Source: Eutreptiella sp. 'Long Island Sound 2002'
Taxonomy: Eukaryota; Protista; Euglenida
Direction of reading: 5' to 3'
Assembly (NCBI GenBank): GCA_964036045.1
Contig: OZ038378.1
Location: 181,350,001 to 181,414,000 of the forward strand
DNA: 64,000 nucleotides
The position numbers and the translations under genes are program-made. Positions 1-11,135 of the stretch are shown here, in pieces; the stretch's first letter is position 1; the number at the start of each line of letters is the position of its first letter. A model generated the notes under the pieces. That model did no database searches, was not told where the DNA came from, and saw only the letters and a list, made by a program, of their open reading frames with translations.

Positions 1-194
1 TATTGTGGTTGTCATTTAATCATTGATGACCCCCCTCGTATCCATCCCTGCAGGAGACGGAGGGCTTGGGGGGGGGGGGGGTGGCTAATTAAGGTGAGCC
101 GAGGGAAGGTGTAGGAGGAACCTTTGGTAGACTAACGTTGTGTAACACAGCCTCCTACCAAGAGCCGCTGGATTGCAACCACTCAAGACACATA

Positions 195-579
195 CCCCCC
201 CCCCTTGCGCAAGCACGGCCGCGGTCCCAGAAGTCAGGCCAAAACGGCGGTTCAACGCCCACCCCATGCTTAGACAAGGCCGTGCATGCGCGTGACACAT
301 GTGACAGCCAGACCGGGAATAACATTGTTAGCCATGGATGAAAATCACATCAGAACAAGCAGCATGGGGTTCCAATGTGTAGTACAATGTTGTTATGAAC
401 AGAATGCACCATCACAGACATGAATGAGCCCCTCTTTCCCTGTACAAACGCTCTACAAACACCCAATCCTTCATTCTGGACCACAAAAACAGCGGTCCCA
501 AAATTTCCTGAAAACGGCGGTTCAACGCCCACCCTGTGCTTAGACAAGGCCGTGCATGCGCAAGGGGGGGGGGGGGGGG
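195..579. mobile_element. Non-autonomous TIR element (MITE), TA target duplication, poly-C/poly-G ends
   Basis: TA at 193-194 and 580-581. Ends are C10-TTGCGCAAGCACGGCC and GGCCGTGCATGCGCAA-G16. A 50-bp direct repeat sits at 241-290 and 511-560 (2 mismatches). Confidence 0.8.
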
Positions 580-1482
580 TAACTTCAAAAGGGTCGGGAA
601 TGACTGCGGTGGCTGGGGGGATAGGAGGGGCGGGGTTGTTAGCGGTTGGCGGCGCCGATCATCCTCTCACTACCACTGAAGTGGTTGTTGTTGACAAATC
701 CACCTCTTCATGGGCTCCATATTCTCAGAGGTACCTTCGTGGCTTTCTGCTCAACGTTTTGCTCTGGGTTTCCCAGGGGTTCGTAAGAACGCTTGAAAAC
801 CAAAAAGGTTACCTCTTTTACAAAAAGGTAACGTCTTAAAACCTCTTACCTTCAAAACCTGTACCATGCCCTCGTGAAAGTCTGGCAGGTTCCACAAGCA
901 TTAAAGCTAGTCTTTGAGACCTAAATGTAGGTGCCTTTGAGGAATGGTGCACATGGCAGGGGAGGAAACGTGCATTTGGCAACGAGTACACGTCTTCTTT
1001 GCTGCCAAATGCCTCGTGATATTGGGCTCTTTGAAAAAAGGCCCCATCGACCCACGTAGGTACACAAAGGTACACACACCTGCACACAACTGTGCAATCA
1101 CCCCTCACTATGGTACCAGTTTCAGTCTCAATTCAGAAATGCTTGCTCAAAAGGCGGGCATAGAGCACGCATGAGGCAAAAAGACTTTTCTTGAAACCTT
1201 AGCTCTACTTGGTGAATTTCATGAAGAGCTGTCATAACGGTCTCTCCTCAAATGTATGCAAACCACAAATCAACATGCACAAGCTTACCGAGATGTTGTT
1301 TAGCAGCAATCAATATCCAATCAATCACTACCGGGGGGGGGGGCTTTAATTTAAGAGGTTTTTTTTTCGGATGACCAAAATTAAGGGGATAAAAAATTGG
1401 TATTGCTCCTTAGAAATGAAGGAAAATTTTGGTATGAGGCCCCTTGCTGCTGCTTCCTAGTGGATGTTCATTGTGGATTCCG

Positions 1483-1553
1483 GGTGGGCTCTGGATGGTT
1501 GCTGTTATTTCTTGGTGGGCTCTGGATGGTTGCTGTTATTTCCTGGTGGGCTC
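1483..1553. repeat. 31-bp tandem repeat, about 2.3 copies
   Basis: Unit GGTGGGCTCTGGATGGTTGCTGTTATTTCYT starts at 1483, 1514 and 1545. Confidence 0.85.
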
Positions 1554-1633
1554 GTAGCATCCATGTCCTGGGGGTGCATGCACATGCAAACATGCAGACA
1601 TAAAAAAGACCAAAAAAGCGAAGCTAAAAAAAT

Positions 1634-1707
1634 TGCAGACACCAGAGTTTGAACCCAGGACCCTTGGAATTAGAACCTAGTACAACTACCAACTAAGCTA
1701 TATCAGG
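1634..1707 (-). pseudogene. Degenerate tRNA-like gene or tRNA-derived SINE head
   Basis: Minus strand has A-box TAGCTTAGTTGG and B-box GGTTCAAAC at tRNA spacing, followed directly by a T7 run and two more T6 runs (Pol III terminator-like). The acceptor, D and T stems pair poorly. Confidence 0.6.
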
Positions 1708-4700
1708 ATCTGCCGGAATTTGAACATCAGAGTGTTAATGTCATAGTAAAAAAAAAAGGGTGAGTGCCCTTATGGCACCCCCTGACACAATATGGCACAA
1801 AGAATCCTTAAAATTGAAAGAAATATTTGGTACGAGGGAGGGCTTTGAAATTTGTCCAAATCAATTTTTTATCCGCCTAATTAAAGTCCCCCCCGGTATT
1901 CAATCAAATCCCTCCTTCTACACCTTGCAAAGCGGTGGGACCCGAACAGATTGTTGCTGGTTTTTTTTTGCATAGCTCTTCTCGTGTTCCAAGAAAATGT
2001 ACCAATATAAAACACTGTGCGGTAGATGAGCCCTAGGTCTGCAAATTGTGTCACACAACACCGACTTCGACCGTCACATAGGAGAGTGCACTATCAGAAT
2101 GCCCATGCAAGTGTATAGAAGGAAAAAATGGAATGGGATCAGGGTCCAAATCGACGCATACTGGCGGCTATAGGCCAACCATTTCGCTCACTATAGTCCA
2201 CACTAGCCCAAAACGGCTGCAGCGGCTCTTTTGAGGGCCAATAAAACCCACTAAGAGATGATTCATATGTCGATGACACCAGCATCGGGACATAACAAAC
2301 AAAAATGGTATGAGTGATCAAGTGATCAAGGGGGTGTATCATTGGTTGGGTAGGCAAGAATGTTGCTAATTCCCCTAAAATTCCCCAATTTTTGCCCAAC
2401 ATGCCCTTCCAACCCACACATGAAAGCGCCATATGGGTCATTCAACAGGGGACAAATAGCCCCCGAACGCACTGAGTGGGCCCCCACATGGGGACCCAAG
2501 AAAGGACCCAAGAAAGCGGTAGGTTTGCTAAACTAATTTACATCAGGACAGGTTCAGGTTCAGACTGCATCAGACTGACCTTTTTCATGGTGTCAGCAAG
2601 AGATTTGCCCATTTCTCATCCCGCCTTTGCTCTGCTCTGCCCCCTGCCACTGTCCAGCTTGATCCTTTTTTCTTTCTCTTTCAAATTCCTTTTTGTAATG
2701 TTGTCACCCAGGGGTCATACATCTCTTTGCACTCGTTGCCTCGTTCCACTGCCATAGCACCTGCAGGTTCACAGACTCACTTTAGGCCTCTGGTGCATAC
2801 GTTTGCAGCGATTGTCACTCTCAGTAGGTCTGTAGATTCCTTCAGCAGTCCATCAGTGGACTTCCGCTCGCCACGGAGGGCAGAGCCATGGAAGAATTCA
2901 TGACCTCTGGACACATGGAATTTATCGGATCAGACTAAACATTACAATTCAATCATTAAATTACGAATTCGTAATGCACCAGCGCGCAGCTGGCATGGGC
3001 ACGAGACACAAAATAAGGCCCAAGAAAAGACACCTGACAGGGCCATGGCCAACATCCACTGTGCTAGCACTAGAAACAAAATCAGGCTCAAGAAAAAGAG
3101 TCCTAACAGGGCCATGGCCAACGCTAGTGCCACCATTACAAGCCACCAAGGCACTGGCATGGGGCCAATATAATAGCAATATTGTACACTCCGCCATTGG
3201 TACACCAAAGGGGCCGAGGAAAATACAGCCCCGGTCATTGGATGCAGGCAGGGCGGTTTGTGCCGCGCCCCACACAGCACCAACAACAGGCTGATCTGTT
3301 ACCCTGTAGTACAATCAGCGGCAGAACAAAAAAAAAAGACTGAATATGTTTGGTGCAAGCAACATCATGAATGCCTGAGGTAACGTGCTTTGTCAGGTAT
3401 TCCTCCCGTGTCTCATCCATCCTTTTTCCACATGGCTTGCAGTGCAGCCTACCGTTGTTGTCACACAGACCATATTACAGTACATTTCAACCCTCTGCGC
3501 AATTGTAACTTTTTCCAGCATGCAGGGATGTTTGGCCTTCTTCAACGTGTCTGGAGGCGAAGGTTTTGCGTGCACCTTATGACCATGCGATTGTGATGCG
3601 CTGGGTGGGTGTGCAGCAGACCCTGTGGCAGACTCTGTGGCAGCACGCTGAAGGCTCCACAACCAGATTCCGCTGACTCTGTAGCCAAAGATGTGGCTGC
3701 ACTAGACACAACTAGAGGAGCCGAAGGCACCTGCAGCCCAGAATCCACTGATTGTGGGGCTGATGATGAGGTGCTTGAAGAACGGCGGCTGAAGAACGCA
3801 CTGGGGCATGCAGAGCGAACACACCAGTCGCAAACTGCCCCCTGACCAGCATCAGGGTACTTGTCCCGCAGAAAAAGTTTGATCAGCGGGGGACAGTGAA
3901 TCCCAGACCTGCGGATTGCCCATGCCCCGTGCGCAGTTGGGATCCCCTTGTCCCTTACTGTCCCTCGTGGAGCAGGTGCAGGGTTCACTGCTTTCCCCAT
4001 CCCCCAAACCGATCAGCCGGGCACCACCGGGCTCGGGAGTGGCCGCCGTCCCCGACGCCCCAGGAGTGCACCCACAATACCCCACCATACCACAGTCCTG
4101 TGGGCGCAATCAGAAACCACAGCGCACGAGTGGTCCGATTGCACACACGGAATCTCTGGGTCACGGTGACGGTCCCCCACCAGACCCTGGGGAACGACAC
4201 GGGATGGGGGATGACAAAGGGGGGGGGGGTATCGTGCAGGACTACCGCACACTGGTGGTTGAAACGACAGTAGAGGATCCCCCCAAAGAACACCAGACAT
4301 TTTGGGATAAATGAGACGAAAGACACATGCAAAAGAAAGGATTCAGAACCTCAGATCTCCTCAAATGGTGTACAAGTCACACAAGACGGGCTGTGGACCT
4401 TCGAGCCCCTTTTCTGCATGCCCTTACCCGCCCCTTCTATTTTTCAGGGGCTGGAAGCCCCCCCCCCCCCCCATTCCGCAATGTGGACCCTGCCAAGCGC
4501 CCAGCACTAGACTTGGCAATATCAACAGCGCTCCTTGCCACCGTGACAGAGTGCTGACCCAACAAGGCACATGGGCGAAACCATGTGCACCTCATGGCCC
4601 CGGCCGGCAGGACATGGCATTCCATCCGTCCAGCTGGTGGACTCCTGCCCTGTCCGCTTCTGCACACAAGCCCGCAATGAGGATTTGCATGCAGTCGGGG

Positions 4701-4882
4701 ACACGACACGATGCGTCACTTCCTCCTCCGGATATCAGGCCAAGCACTCAGTCCTCCTGATCAGGGCCGGGGCAGGTGTTGGGCATGAGGGGTCTCAAAG
4801 GCGGTCGGGCAGGAACATGGCAATGCCCTGCGGCCGACAGGCAGGGCCAAGTGTGATACAACGGTCGGGTCCCAGGATCATA

Positions 4883-7087
4883 TCAGGAGCCCTGGGACGA
4901 GGACTTCATGGGCTGAGCGGAGGTGTCAGTGTGGCCCACCTCCGTGACAGTACCTTGAGGGTCGTCAGCCGGTGGCTCCACAGCAGTGCCTGCAGGGGCC
5001 TGAGGTTGCGACCGTGTGGCCCCGTCGCTGATAGCCTTGTCCTCGGGATCATGGACGGACACTGTCCAGCGCTCCTCCCCGCCGTCAAGGGGTGGCCCCT
5101 GTCCCTCGGGATCTGTGCGGCCGAGGGCGGCATCGCATGCGCTACCCAAGGTCGTGACGCCGGCGCCCGGGGTTGGCGTGGCCCGGGTGTTGGAGGATAG
5201 GCAGTGCAACACCACCTTCATCTTGTCGGCCGAACTCGTGGTGCTCCCGTCCAGAAGCGCCCGTGACATCGTCCGGCGCCGGTGGACGTCCATCATGACA
5301 GCCGACCCGAGCCTTCTCCAGCGCCGGCGGTGCCGCAGGCGGGCCGCATCGTAGCGACGCTGGTGATAGATCAGGAACAGCATCCACAGCGGGCAGAGGA
5401 TGGCCGGGGAGATGAACAGGGTTTTGATCCAAGGGGGCAGCCCAAGGTACTGCGCGGTGAGCACCTGTCCTGAACCGTCGGGCTCCGTGGTTTGGATGTA
5501 GCGGTCCGCCACGATGGTCTGTCCATATTTCTCCGGCTGGTAGATGAATTGGCCCTTGATCATGTTGGCATCCAGAATCATCGTGACGAAAATGATGCTA
5601 TAATTGAACCATTTACCATCGATCAGAACGGCTGGCGGATGCAGCAACAATTTGCGAAACCAGCTATCTTTGCTGCTGATCCCCGTCGAGGCACACCAGG
5701 GCATAACAAAGTTGATGTTGGAAATATCAAACCCAACGACCTTGATGTCCATGTTGTTGGTGAACGTGGGGAAATCCGGATCCTGCATCACGATTATCAA
5801 ATCTAACGAACCGATGATACTCGCCAAGAAGCAGCGGGTGCCTTCATTGTTAGGCACTGGGCACCAGGCACGCACTGAATCCCAATTGATCCAACGCAGC
5901 TTAACACTCAAGATAGTCACCAGAAGGGCTGACAGCGTTGCGCCCCAGAAGAGCAGAACCCGACGACGCTGCCAGAAGGGGCACAGCACCGAGGCACAAG
6001 GGGGCCAGTTGGGATAAGGCGCTTGGGATGAGAGTCGAGCTGCGTGCATTGCAGACTCCTGAAGCATCATGTCCAACACCATGAAGAGGGTGGCCCAGTC
6101 GGCTATAAACGTCCCAACCGTGGTAATCCGCAGGAACGACTCATCGGTCACACCGAACTTATCGATCGCTGCCAAGCGCTTGTGGATGTCATCTCCGCCA
6201 AGCTTCAGAAATAGATTGTACACAGAAGCAAAACCATACATGACCAACAATGTCATCACGACAACACAAAAGAAAGAGCCCCTGTTGGCGCGCAAGCGCT
6301 CTGCCTTCTGCCGGGATTGCTCTGTCTCATATGCCTCGGCTGCATCCCTGCCAGGGTGCCCGAACATCTCCAACTTCAGCCAATCACGTAGAATCAGGTT
6401 GTGCAGCACCACCTTCCCCAGGAACACGCCCAACACCAACCCAATGACGATGAGTCCAATCTTCAGGGCTATCCAAAAGCCTTCCCACCTCAGAATCACC
6501 AGAGAAATGCAATTGCCAACCACTGGGATACTGGCCTCTTTCTGGCTGTGGGCGATCGGATCCTCAGCAACAAGCAGGAAATTGCAGAACATAATGATGA
6601 ATGCCATGAAGAGCCGCGTCCATGGGTGTCGGAAATACCATTCCGTCCTGCTGCAGCAACCTTGTGTCGTGGTGTCAGGTGAGCCAGTAGGGGTTGTGTC
6701 CACTGGATGTGAGCTGTCCACTGTGCTGGTGACAATGGGATTTGAGAACGACTGCCCATTGTCCACTTTGACTTTCACAACCTCGGTCCCTTTTTTTTCG
6801 GGCAAATCACCATCACCAATCTTCACATGGCTATCCTTGCGGATATCTGCGCAGTTGGAATGGCTTCCGTTGCCACATCCGTTGGGCCCCATAGTGCCGT
6901 CGTTGTCGCTGGTTGCGGCGCCCGAGGGCAGCATTGGTTCATGGAATACAGTGGCCCACAACAACAAAAGGGACTGCTTGAGAAAGAAAGAAATGTGGCA
7001 GTGATGAGGGATGGGTTGAAATCTCTTGTAAACACCGAGAAGCAATTGGAAGACAATCGGAAGCACCTTGAACACACGTGAAAACAC
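4883..7087 (-). CDS. TMEM117: TMEM117-family multi-pass membrane protein, single exon; probable start ATG 6934 (MLPSGAA...)
   Basis: 734-codon ORF. YFRHPWTRLFMAFIIMFCNFLLVAEDPIAHSQKEA..VVGNC, VGTFIADWATLFMVLDMMLQ, FLASIIGSLDLIIVMQDPDFP and GKWFNYSIIFVTMILDANMIKGQFIYQPEKYGQ match human TMEM117 as I recall it (YFQHPWSR..AEDPVSHSQTEA; GKWFNYGIIFLVLILDLNMWKNQIFYKPHEYGQ). Confidence 0.88.
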   Translation of the reverse strand: MFSRVFKVLPIVFQLLLGVYKRFQPIPHHCHISFFLKQSLLLLWATVFHEPMLPSGAATSDNDGTMGPNGCGNGSHSNCADIRKDSHVKIGDGDLPEKKGTEVVKVKVDNGQSFSNPIVTSTVDSSHPVDTTPTGSPDTTTQGCCSRTEWYFRHPWTRLFMAFIIMFCNFLLVAEDPIAHSQKEASIPVVGNCISLVILRWEGFWIALKIGLIVIGLVLGVFLGKVVLHNLILRDWLKLEMFGHPGRDAAEAYETEQSRQKAERLRANRGSFFCVVVMTLLVMYGFASVYNLFLKLGGDDIHKRLAAIDKFGVTDESFLRITTVGTFIADWATLFMVLDMMLQESAMHAARLSSQAPYPNWPPCASVLCPFWQRRRVLLFWGATLSALLVTILSVKLRWINWDSVRAWCPVPNNEGTRCFLASIIGSLDLIIVMQDPDFPTFTNNMDIKVVGFDISNINFVMPWCASTGISSKDSWFRKLLLHPPAVLIDGKWFNYSIIFVTMILDANMIKGQFIYQPEKYGQTIVADRYIQTTEPDGSGQVLTAQYLGLPPWIKTLFISPAILCPLWMLFLIYHQRRYDAARLRHRRRWRRLGSAVMMDVHRRRTMSRALLDGSTTSSADKMKVVLHCLSSNTRATPTPGAGVTTLGSACDAALGRTDPEGQGPPLDGGEERWTVSVHDPEDKAISDGATRSQPQAPAGTAVEPPADDPQGTVTEVGHTDTSAQPMKSSSQGS
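6974..6992 (-). promoter_or_regulatory. Putative splice acceptor (outron or 5'-UTR intron) upstream of the TMEM117-like ATG
   Basis: Pyrimidine run TTTCTTTCTCAAGCAG, AG at 6975-6974, about 40 nt before ATG 6934. Confidence 0.4.
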
Positions 7088-8311
7088 TTAGTACAGTGTG
7101 GAGAAAAATGGAAGCACTTGGAACCGGAGTCTTTTCACTTGGTGGGTACCCGCTCACCACCCCAAGTCATTTACGGGGACTGCCACACATGCAGTCCAAG
7201 ATCTTTGGAACACAATCCCGCCCTCTATCAGTTGCGGCAGCGCGCTACCCAATTAGGTGATTGTGGCCGCCTCCTCATTGCAGCGAGCCGTGTGCACCCG
7301 CTGCCATACTGCAGCCATTGGCATCGCCTTGGGGATTGAATCATCTCGAATATCCTTGTCAACACCAGCTTCGGATAAACATTCACATGGGCGTGAAATG
7401 ACATGGAGGGTCCCTTGGTGTGACAGTACAGCGTTCTGGGCCGATCAATATGTGTATATGGACTTGAGCTCCCACCTGGTCAACTCCCACCTCGCGCACA
7501 TTGAGCCATTGGCTTATGGGGGGGTTTTTGCACAGCGCCAGGTATTACATTGTTTATCTCAGAAACACCCCTGAAAACCACCCCCCTACAGAAGCGTGCA
7601 TGACACTTGTTTGTTGCTGCTTTTCACCTTCCGTGGTCGCAATGTACCATACCAATGAAAAGGGACATGATCCAAAAGGAGGCTGTTTGTGTCCATATCA
7701 GCTCTCAATTGCCATATTATTCTAAATAACAGCAAATGCAACCCCTTCCATCACTATAGCACATGTGAACTGCATCGCCACAACGTCCACATAGTATAGG
7801 CTGAGGATGTTTATGAGAGTGTGGTGATCTGGAGCAGGGAAGAGTTGTTCTTCAGCCTCATGGCCCAAATCGCACAACAGACAACCAAAGGGATGTTTTC
7901 CCTAGGCTCCACCTCACGAGGAGCATCCATTTCCAAGGTGATGGAGGGGGATTGATGACGAAGGGGAACCCCACAGGATGTGTTGTGAGCCCACATAGGG
8001 GGCGCACCATGCGCTGTGCGCGCGCTGTGCCCCCCAGTCGGCTGTTTTTTACCACCGGTAGCCACGGGTCCCAGGGTCCTGAATTCTGCACCCTACAGCC
8101 CCTGCTGGTACACCAGGGATTTTTTGTTTTAGTCTGATGCTTGCCACGGGTCCCAGAGTCCTGAATTCTGCACCCCCGATGCTGTTTTGAATGGATCGGA
8201 TGAAGCGGCTAACGGCATAGTCCTTGGAACATCATAGGATAGCGCCCAACAAGCTGTATGGGCGGCACCCATTGGAGGCAAAGCAACTGTCAGTAGATTG
8301 TGATGATCTAA

Positions 8312-8724
8312 ACCCCTCCCCCTATTAATATCACGCGTTTGTGCGTGATATTATTTTCATGTGCGTGATATTATCCTGACGTGTGTATGTTGGGCAGTTT
8401 TTTGGAACTCTCATGGCGTCCAGTGCTTTCCAAATGGAATCCAACTTGTTGGCTGAAGCAAGGGACCATGATGAACTTATTTGTGGAATTCTGCTACAAT
8501 GGGATTGCAACAGCTACATGCACATCGGATGTGCTGAAAGTGTTCCAAGAGTTGGGCTATATAGACCCAACGGAGGCCAAGTTACGTGTTCGTTTCCAAT
8601 TTGTACCCCCTGTTGTGCCACTGGGCTATTTGGTGATGCACTACCACCAAAACCAAAGCCAAAGGCCCAACCCAAACCTGTGGCTAGGCAACTGTCCATG
8701 GCATCATTAGTTTCCAAAAAGTAA
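8312..8724 (+). mobile_element. One end plus coding relic of the family seen at 24686-25652, opposite orientation
   Basis: ACCCCTCCCCCTATTAATATCACG resembles the reverse complement of the 25652 end, with GCGTGATATTAT subterminal repeats. Translation NLFVEFCYNG..DVLKVFQELGYIDP..FVPP..PKPKPK..RQLSMASLVSKK* is homologous to 24849-25100. The other end was not found. Confidence 0.65.
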
Positions 8725-11042
8725 ACAATGTCTTCAACTCAGCCCACAAATCTGCGCAGTGCATCAACTCCAAAAGATCAATACGGACCACTGCAAGGTT
8801 TGGTACAACAATCTCGTTGTTAGCCAGGTGTGTGGTACTTGATGAGAGGGAGCCCCGCCTCCCCCCCGATTGCAGACAGCTTGTTATGGTTGACAATGCA
8901 AACCTAGCCAGTTGCCCCAATTGCACGCAAAATGCCAAACCAACAATCTCTCCGTCAACTCCATTGGATGTGTGCCCACTATGGCCTTGTAATTCTGGAG
9001 GAGCTACACTTCGGGTCATACGAGATGTAAGGCATCAAGGAGGATGGTGGAAAAGGCATCACATCCGTGGCCACATACACCAAAAGGACCAGCCAGCGTG
9101 ACCCGACCCCTCCCATTCCACATCCAGGGGCGTAGAATGTTGGAAGGATATTCAATGTTTGTGTCTCCTCTCAAGCCATTTTTGGATTAAAACAGCTCAA
9201 ACCGCGGAAGAAGGCGTTGTCTAACAACTATCCATGCTAAAAAAAATTGCATTGTTGCGTTTTGTGCTTGCAAATAAGGTAGCCGTAGGAGCTGCACAGC
9301 CGCAGTGTTGTGGCACCGATCAACAGTCCGCTCATTCACGGAGTCTCTGGCCACGTCACCGTGGGCCACTGATCCAACCGGTCGTCGCCTTGGGGCCCGT
9401 GCTCCTAGCTCGGGGGTCGAAATCCCAACACCGAGGTACTAATGCTTTGTAGCCTATAGTGTAGTTGACTATAGTAGCCTAGGTCCACTGTGGAGGGTGC
9501 AAGTCATGCTGCGGAGGTTAGTGGTGGCTGACCTTTGGAGGGTCATTGCCGTTACCGCAATCTTATTATCAATTAGGGGAGTTCTAGGGTGTTGTGGTGT
9601 TGTGTTGTGTGTTTGGTGCGGTGGGTGTGCCGCGGTTGATGGTAATCCATTGTTGTTCTTTTTGTGTGTTGCTTCATTCGGGTCACATACTCCGTGTGGT
9701 GCTCTTATGGCTCGGCTCCTGTGGCCCCTTGTTTTTGGCAATGGAGGGCCCACCAAGCCTTTTTTTGGTGGGATCTAGCGCGGCCCTCGTGGGGGGGGGG
9801 GGAGATTGATCAATTCAATACCCACCTCCCATAACCCACCGCACCCCCACAGACAGAAACCCCCTCATGCCCCTTGGTGGACAGCCTACCCCCCCCCCCC
9901 CTTCCTTGAGTCACACAGTGGATAGGGGGCCTCCCCCACCAAGGACCGCCACCCCTTGAGGAAGGTGCTATCTGGATGGGGCAGCCCCAACAACTGACAG
10001 ACCAAGTGGAAGAAATAGTGGTTGCCAGTCAAGGTCTCAAGAGAGCCTAATTTCCGCATGATAGGGTGGGGGTCTCATGCACACTGAGTTCAGTGTCCCC
10101 TAGGTACGAGTGGCCAAGAGCCTGGTGTCTCAGCTTACTGGACTGTGGCCATGTATGAGTGGGATGGCGCAATGGGATGGTCCATGGCCTTCAATGTCAC
10201 AAGAGGTCTTGTGGACCAGCGGCATTTAACCCTCGGAGTGACCTGAGTGGCTTGGAGCCCATGGATGCTCAAGAGGATTGTGTGGCCAGTGGCTCGCCCT
10301 GACAGGTCAGTCCTCCAAGAGGGTAGCGAGGGACCCTTACCAAAGGGGGCTTGGGACTCTCAGCCATTGGCTTGGGAGAGCCAGGCGATGTCCATGCCTC
10401 ACCATGTGAGGATCTGCAGTGTGACCAGTCCAATACACGGGCCGCCATGTTAGCACCCTCCATGCAAAGAATTCACCCCGGCGGTTACCAGTGGAGCCCT
10501 CCCCCCATTGGTCGCATTTTTGAGTTTGTCTGCATTTTCCATCGCTGCATGCCCATGGGCATTCTTTTGGTGGTCTGCCTAGAGAGCCAGGTGCAAATCC
10601 ACCCACCAGAAATTGGGACCCAAGAACAAAAGATTTTGTACTGGGCCAGGTGTGGCGTGAAGCTGGGCTCAGAAGCAGCACTGGACAGGGAGGAAACCCA
10701 CAAATTATTTCGTCCATACACTAGGTTTTGAATGCTCCCCGCACCCTCGAGCTGGGATCAACGCCAACATCAGTGCACGGTTCATGTGGGCCGACCTTAG
10801 ACTTACGAACAGGACTCAGGTGCTTGGTTATATATACACTGGGACAAACAGTTGTTAAGCAGAGGGGCTGGTATGACTGGTGCATACACTCGTTTTGGGC
10901 ATGGGAGCAAATGGGCCCCTTGTTGGCATTCGCGTCGGAGGATGAGTCATGGAAGGCCGTTGTTGGGCACCACACACTGTTGCGCTTTGTATTGTCCCAT
11001 GCCCGTTGTGCCTCGTCCAAGATGTGCGCCTATCAGCTTTCG

Positions 11043-11135
11043 GGACCACAAAAACAGCGGTCCCAAGAAATCCTAAATGAGGCGGTACAATGCCCCTGCT
11101 GAGACAAGGCCATGCAAACACAGGGGGGGGGGGGG
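11043..11135 (+). mobile_element. Right-end fragment of the 195-579 family
   Basis: GGACCACAAAAACAGCGGTCCCAA matches 479-502, followed by a diverged GAGACAAGGCC box and a G13 run. Confidence 0.65.

Noticed and set aside
6069-7004. 311-aa plus-strand ORF
   Set aside because: It is the antisense shadow of the TMEM117-like CDS and has no recognisable motif.
6935-7087. First 51 codons of the 734-aa ORF as real protein
   Set aside because: They include a pyrimidine tract and acceptor-like AG. ATG 6934 is the more likely start, but this is unproven.
8061-8175. 33-bp direct repeat pair with a 49-bp spacer as a CRISPR array
   Set aside because: Only two copies, eukaryotic context and no cas genes.
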